A stretch of DNA of 64,000 nucleotides from Pseudomonadota bacterium (GTDB taxonomy: Bacteria; Pseudomonadota; Alphaproteobacteria; Rhodobacterales; Rhodobacteraceae), in assembly GCA_039191215.1 (NCBI GenBank), contig JBCCXT010000015.1, positions 43 to 64,042 on the forward strand, read 5' to 3'. Shown piece by piece: positions 59,241 to 64,000 of the stretch (its first letter is position 1; every line of letters begins with the position of its first letter). The notes under the pieces were generated by a model. That model saw nothing but the letters and a program-made list of their open reading frames with translations, had not been told where the DNA came from and ran no database searches. A program made the translations under genes and the position numbers.

Positions 59241-59839
59241 GGCGCAATTGAGCAACAGCCTTGCATGATCTGGGTTTGGGCTGCGTCGCGGATGAGTGTC
59301 GCGCCCAGCCCATAAGCGCGATCCGACATCCCGTCAGAGCAGCTGCGTTGGGTGATTAAGGCCGTGACCCTGTTGGCGGCATCGGCTTCAAACCGAGCAG
59401 CCATCATATCGGGCACATGCACCGAAGGGCCCTGTTCGCTTTGCGTGTAACGACGCGCGCCGATTTCGGGGTCCTGCCATGAGGCCGTGGCGCCGTTGAC
59501 ATGCAGCAGCCAAAACGGCTCCGAGCCGAAGCACGCATACCGTTCCGGCATGCCGCCCTGCCAATCCGGGCCTGTGCGGGTCATGAACTGCGGCGACACC
59601 CAGCCGATCCCTTCGCCGAGATTGACCCGCAGCCAGCCTGTCTCAGCCGCTTCGCCGGTCACCTCGATTTCCGTCTGAAACGGCCCAAATGCGCCGAATA
59701 TCGGGTGGTTTGCGCCCGGGCCCTGGCGGATGTTCAGGACATCGTCCCGCGCCACGCCCGAGACATCGTAGAGCGCGGGAAACCCTTCAGCCAGCACCGC
59801 CCAAGGCCAAAGCACCAGGGCGGCCACCAGCCATTTCAC
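59237..59839 (-). CDS. Exported SH3-domain / COG3650-like protein
   Basis: Signal peptide; DVLNIRQGP (SH3b), CFGSEPFW, CSDGMSDRAYG, GCC; GTGA overlap with the upstream permease. Confidence 0.82.
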   Translation of the reverse strand: MKWLVAALVLWPWAVLAEGFPALYDVSGVARDDVLNIRQGPGANHPIFGAFGPFQTEIEVTGEAAETGWLRVNLGEGIGWVSPQFMTRTGPDWQGGMPERYACFGSEPFWLLHVNGATASWQDPEIGARRYTQSEQGPSVHVPDMMAARFEADAANRVTALITQRSCSDGMSDRAYGLGATLIRDAAQTQIMQGCCSIAP

Positions 59840-60657
59840 CTGCGCGCGCCCCAACTGGCTGAGACATAGCGGCGCGTGACATGTTCGCCGACAAAGCCAA
59901 GCAATGTCAGTGCCATGCATAGATAAAGCGGGTATTGCCAGTTTGTGTAATGCGGAAAGTAGTTCACGAAGGTGAAGCCGCGTGCCTGATCGATGGCATG
60001 AAACAGCGGATTCCAGGAAAACATCGCGACCATGTTTGCGCCGATCATGTTGGCCAAAAACATCTTACCTGAGGCAATCATGTTCGCCCGGCTCCAAATC
60101 GTTTGGATCAGATTGACCACATCCGGCATCCAGGGCCGGGCGGCCAGCAGCACCAAGCCAACGGCGATCCCGGAATACCAGGCCAGCAGATACATCGCAA
60201 AAGCACCGGCCCAGTCATCGATCACCACAGGCTCCAACAACATGTGCACGAAGAACAAAATCACAAACAGCGCAAGCGTCTGCTGGTAGAGCACCTGCAA
60301 AGCGGCCGACAGGATGGCCACCAGTGTATTCATCGGCGCGTGCTGCATCATCGCTGAAGCCGGGCCTTCCGCGCTCATAACAGCCATCAGCGCCTTAATA
60401 TGCGTCAGATAAAGGAAAATCCCGGTCAGCAGGTAAACGATGAAGTTGCCGCGTACGGCTGCGCCGCGCAAACCCAGAACCGCGAACATCACGTAAAAAG
60501 CGGCCACAAAAAGTGCCGCCTGAAGGATGTTCATGACCAGGCCAATCATAGCATTGGCATGGCCCTGGCGCACCTTGCGCACCGCCGTCAGATAGGTCAG
60601 CTCGCACAGCGAAAAGAAGACCGTTAGATTTGACCGCCGCCGGCGGGCTTCAAACAT
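59836..60657 (-). CDS. ABC-2 polysaccharide export permease (KpsM/Wzm-like)
   Basis: Six hydrophobic segments; ASGKMF, WNPLFHAIDQARG..F..Y. Confidence 0.85.
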   Translation of the reverse strand: MFEARRRRSNLTVFFSLCELTYLTAVRKVRQGHANAMIGLVMNILQAALFVAAFYVMFAVLGLRGAAVRGNFIVYLLTGIFLYLTHIKALMAVMSAEGPASAMMQHAPMNTLVAILSAALQVLYQQTLALFVILFFVHMLLEPVVIDDWAGAFAMYLLAWYSGIAVGLVLLAARPWMPDVVNLIQTIWSRANMIASGKMFLANMIGANMVAMFSWNPLFHAIDQARGFTFVNYFPHYTNWQYPLYLCMALTLLGFVGEHVTRRYVSASWGARR

Positions 60658-60775
60658 GAGGGCAGCCTTTATCCTTGGGGTGCGGGCCTTGCCGTTTCGA
60701 TTGCGATAGAAGATAACGACCGCAGCGTTAACGATCAATCAAGCCCGGGCCCGTGATCGGCGGAGGAGTGCCGTT

Positions 60776-61573
60776 TTGGACTATGAACGTCTTGTTTCAA
60801 CCTTCCGAAGCCTGTCGATCGAAGCCGGGGCAAAGATCATGGAGATCTATGAGCGGGCCGATATGGGCGTCGACGCAAAGGCGGATGCAAGCCCGGTCAC
60901 TGATGCGGACCGCGCGGCCGATGCCCTGATCTCGCAAGGTTTGAAGGCGGAATTTCCGGACATTACTCTGGTGACTGAAGAACAGTCGCATAGCCATTCT
61001 GAGGTCGCAGACGTGTTTATCATCGTCGATCCGCTGGATGGCACGAAAGAGTTCATTCAGCGCCGCGGTGATTTCACAGTCAATATTGCGCTGGTTGAAA
61101 ACGGTGTGCCGACCCGCGGAGTGGTTTTTGCCCCGGCCAAATCGCGGCTTTTTTATACCGATGCGGCCGGTCAAAGCGTCGAAGAAACCGGGCCGTTTTT
61201 GGCGGAAAGCGCCGGTGCCACCGCGCCGATCACGGTATCGGCGCCTGATAGTGGCGCGCTTCGGGTTGTCGCTTCAAAATCGCACCGTGACAAGGCGACC
61301 GATGACTACATCTCAAAATATGCCACCGCGGATCTGAAAAGCGCGGGCTCGTCGCTGAAATTTTGCCTTGTTGCCACCGGAGAGGCCGATTTCTACCCGC
61401 GCCTGGGCCCGACGATGGAATGGGACACAGCCGCCGGTGACGCGGTGTTGCGCGGCGCGGGCGGCCAAGTTGTGACTTTCGAGGACCACCAGACCTTCAC
61501 CTATGGCAAGCCCGACTACCGCAATGGCTCTTTCATCGCCACCGCGCCGGGCGTCGACCTCAAAGTCCCGTAG
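60776..61573 (+). CDS. cysQ: 3'(2'),5'-bisphosphate nucleotidase
   Basis: SPVT.AD, EE, DPLDGTKEF, SKSH, GSSLKFC, WDTAAG; TTG start after GGAGG. Confidence 0.95.
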   Translation: MDYERLVSTFRSLSIEAGAKIMEIYERADMGVDAKADASPVTDADRAADALISQGLKAEFPDITLVTEEQSHSHSEVADVFIIVDPLDGTKEFIQRRGDFTVNIALVENGVPTRGVVFAPAKSRLFYTDAAGQSVEETGPFLAESAGATAPITVSAPDSGALRVVASKSHRDKATDDYISKYATADLKSAGSSLKFCLVATGEADFYPRLGPTMEWDTAAGDAVLRGAGGQVVTFEDHQTFTYGKPDYRNGSFIATAPGVDLKVP

Positions 61574-61579
61574 GCCCAC

Positions 61580-62380
61580 ATCTCGGTCATTTGCGTCATA
61601 CCGGCGCGTTACGCGTCAAGCCGCTATCCGGGCAAGCCGTTGGCAATGCTGCGCGGCGCCACGGGTGAGGCGCGCAGCCTGATCGAACGCAGCTGGCAGG
61701 CAGCCCAAGAAGTTGCTGCCTTCGACAGGGTCATCATTGCGACCGACGATGCGCGCATCGCATCGGCAGCCACGGCTTTTGGCGCCGAGATCGCCATGAC
61801 GTCGTCTGCGGCCCAAAATGGCACGGAGCGCTGCGCTGAGGTGCTTTCGCAATTGCCGCAAGAGCCGGAAATGGTGGTTAACCTGCAAGGGGATGCGCCG
61901 CTGACGCCGCCTTGGTTTTTGTCCGATCTGGTCTCCGGCCTGCGCCGCTCGCCCAGCTTTGATGTCGCGACGCCGGTTCTGGAATGTGACGGCGAAACGC
62001 TTGCGGCATTTAAGGCCGACCGCGCCGCCGACCGCGTCGGCGGCACAATGGCGGTCTTCACCACCACCAACCAAGCACTTTATTTCTCAAAGGAAGTCAT
62101 ACCCTTCACCCGAGCATTGGCGGCTGACGCGCCGCGCACGCCGGTCTTTCATCATGTCGGCGTCTATGCCTACAGGCCCGGCGCGCTGGCCGCCTATCCG
62201 ACGCTTGCCGCCGGTCCGCTTGAGCGTGAAGAAGGGTTGGAGCAATTGCGGTTCCTCGAACATGGCATACCCGTTATGTGCGTGGAAGTTGACGCAAGGG
62301 GCCGCAAATTCTGGGAATTGAATAATCCTTCTGATACTCCGAGAATCGAAGCAATGATGCGTGATATGGCTATGCCGTAG
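61580..62380 (+). CDS. kdsB: CMP-KDO synthetase (3-deoxy-manno-octulosonate cytidylyltransferase); non-canonical start
   Basis: IPARYASSRYPGKPL, ATDD, NGTER, NLQGD, ALYFSK, EGLEQLRFL. The N-terminal motif lies upstream of the first canonical start codon; ATC at 61580 is where Met1 is expected. Confidence 0.9.
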   Translation: MSVICVIPARYASSRYPGKPLAMLRGATGEARSLIERSWQAAQEVAAFDRVIIATDDARIASAATAFGAEIAMTSSAAQNGTERCAEVLSQLPQEPEMVVNLQGDAPLTPPWFLSDLVSGLRRSPSFDVATPVLECDGETLAAFKADRAADRVGGTMAVFTTTNQALYFSKEVIPFTRALAADAPRTPVFHHVGVYAYRPGALAAYPTLAAGPLEREEGLEQLRFLEHGIPVMCVEVDARGRKFWELNNPSDTPRIEAMMRDMAMP

Positions 62381-62583
62381 GCGAAGTGACCGGACATGCG
62401 AGTTTTGTGCACAATCCGCTTGCCAGTCTTAGAATTGTCCAGTTTAGGGCTAACTCCTGCCCCGTCGCAGGATGATGACCCAATTGTGCAATTTCGCGCT
62501 CCGGGGGCGCATGCCAAGACTTTTCGCGCGTGCCAGCGGCTGACCATCCGCCAAAGCATGATGCAAGACCGATAGGAGCCGTT

Positions 62584-63477
62584 ATGAAAAAGCGAGTAAC
62601 CAAAGCGATCTTTCCGGTTGCAGGGCTTGGAACGCGCTTTTTGCCCGCCACCAAGTCGATCCCAAAAGAGATCATGACGCTGGTTGACCGCCCGCTTATT
62701 CAATACGCCATCGATGAGGCCCGCGCCGCCGGGATCAAGGAATTTATCTTTGTCACGTCGCGCGGAAAATCCGCGCTAGAGGATTATTTCGACAACGCGC
62801 CTGAACTAGAGATGACACTGCGCAAGAAGGGCAAGAAAGACATCCTTTCGATGCTCAAGCAGACCAATATGGACAGCGGCGCAATTGCTTACGTTCGCCA
62901 GACAAAACCCTTGGGTCTGGGCCACGCGGTCTGGTGCGCGCGGCGCATGCTTGGCAACGAGCCCTTCGCCGTGATCCTGCCCGACGATGTTATCGCAGCC
63001 GAAACGCCCTGCCTGCAGCAGATGGTCGAGGCGCATGCCGAGACGGGCGGGAACATGGTCGCGGCGATGGAAGTGCCCGACAGTATGATCTCGTCTTACG
63101 GCGTGCTCGACGTGAAAGAGGATATGGGCTCGGTTGTGTCCGTCAAAGGCATGATCGAAAAGCCCGAGAAGGGAAAAGCGCCCTCCAATCTGGCCGTGAT
63201 CGGGCGTTATATCCTGTCGCCGCAGGTGATGACAAATCTCAACAAGAAGAAGGCCGGTGCTGGGGGAGAGATCCAGCTGACCGACGCGATTGCCCGGGAA
63301 ATCGGCGAAAGTGACAATGTCTATGGCTTCCGATTCCGCGGCCAGCGGTTTGACTGCGGCTCCAAAGCCGGTTTCCTGCAGGCGACCGTGGCTTTCGGCC
63401 TTGCGCGCGACGATCTGCGCGACGAGTTTGGCGATTTTCTAAACGAGATGGCCGCGCTTCGCAGCGCGGCGGAGTGA
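62584..63477 (+). CDS. galU: UTP-glucose-1-phosphate uridylyltransferase
   Basis: KAIFPVAGLGTRFLPATK..PKE, LGLGHAV, EKP, GEIQLTDA; ATG 62584 after AGGAG. Confidence 0.96.
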   Translation: MKKRVTKAIFPVAGLGTRFLPATKSIPKEIMTLVDRPLIQYAIDEARAAGIKEFIFVTSRGKSALEDYFDNAPELEMTLRKKGKKDILSMLKQTNMDSGAIAYVRQTKPLGLGHAVWCARRMLGNEPFAVILPDDVIAAETPCLQQMVEAHAETGGNMVAAMEVPDSMISSYGVLDVKEDMGSVVSVKGMIEKPEKGKAPSNLAVIGRYILSPQVMTNLNKKKAGAGGEIQLTDAIAREIGESDNVYGFRFRGQRFDCGSKAGFLQATVAFGLARDDLRDEFGDFLNEMAALRSAAE

Positions 63478-63481
63478 GCGT

Positions 63482-64000
63482 CTGAACCTGGTTTGGCAGG
63501 CCTACCGCCTGCGCTGGCGGCGCCGTGCCTATCTTTGGCGCGCCTGGTCCGCGCGCCATGATTTGTCGCCGGTCGCTATCCGGCTCGACCATGCCCCGCC
63601 CGACGCGATCCTTTGTCTGGCCTCTATCCGCAACGAAGCGGAACGGCTGCCGCAATTTCTGGCCCATTACCGCGCATTGGGCGTTGGCCATTTCCTGATC
63701 GTCGCCCATGACTGCACCGATGACAGCACAGCCCTTCTGGCCGATCAGGCCGATGTCTCGCTTTGGCGAACGGATGCAGGCTACAAGGCCGCGCGCTTCG
63801 GTGTCGACTGGACAGGACGGCTTTTGCAGCGTTACGGGCACGGGCGCTGGTGCCTAACGGTCGATGCCGATGAGCTGTTGATCTATCCGCATTGGACAGA
63901 AAAGCCGCTACAAGACCTCACAAGCCAGCTTGCCGCTGATGGGCGGGAAAGCTTTGGCACGCTGAGCATTGATCTCTACCCCAAGGGCCCGTTGTCTTCT
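63482..64000 (+). CDS. Family-2-like glycosyltransferase, 5' part (runs off the window)
   Basis: Manual translation: YRLRWRRR, IRNEAERLP.FL.HYRALGV.HFLIV, FGVDW, WCLTVDADELL (DxD motif). Start uncertain (CTG 63482). Confidence 0.85.
   Translation, partial: MNLVWQAYRLRWRRRAYLWRAWSARHDLSPVAIRLDHAPPDAILCLASIRNEAERLPQFLAHYRALGVGHFLIVAHDCTDDSTALLADQADVSLWRTDAGYKAARFGVDWTGRLLQRYGHGRWCLTVDADELLIYPHWTEKPLQDLTSQLAADGRESFGTLSIDLYPKGPLSS

Noticed and set aside
60728-60742. CtrA-like TTAA-N7-TCAA between the ABC permease and cysQ
   Set aside because: One mismatch and a single site; too weak to call.

Overview
GC-rich chromosomal segment of a Rhodobacteraceae/Roseobacter-group alphaproteobacterium (taxon inferred from gene content and order). 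1-27.4 kb is part of an aerobic-anoxygenic-type photosynthesis gene cluster (PGC): bchM(5' part)-L-H-B-N-F, aerR/ppaA-ppsR, bchG-pucC-like-bchP-idi, dxs, pufA-B-Q, bchZ-Y-X-C, crtF-E, crtD-C, with many PpsR operators (TGT-N12-ACA). The main anomaly: the puf operon stops after pufQBA and its downstream hairpin. The reaction-centre genes pufL/pufM (and pufC/pufX) are absent from their canonical slot, replaced by about 480 nt of unrecognisable DNA. The cluster also ends abruptly at crtC, without crtAIB/tspO/bchIDO, while all retained genes and operators look intact. Two small translationally coupled ORFs sit inside bchXYZ. 27.4-64 kb is origin-region core genome: hslV..hslU, an unannotated 54-aa protein, a candidate sRNA, smr-mltA-Tim44, fxsA-secB, dnaQ-coaE-aroE-maf, a candidate oriC, hemJ-rho-mnmE-mnmG-rsmG-parA-parB with two perfect parS sites, hemW-rdgB-rph, hrcA-grpE, mutS, maeB-rbsK, dnaKJ, alkB, and a cysQ-kdsB-galU-glycosyltransferase locus in which kdsB and the GT lack canonical start codons. 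No rRNA, tRNA, CRISPR array or mobile element was recognised. All product calls are from motif recognition and synteny, not database searches.
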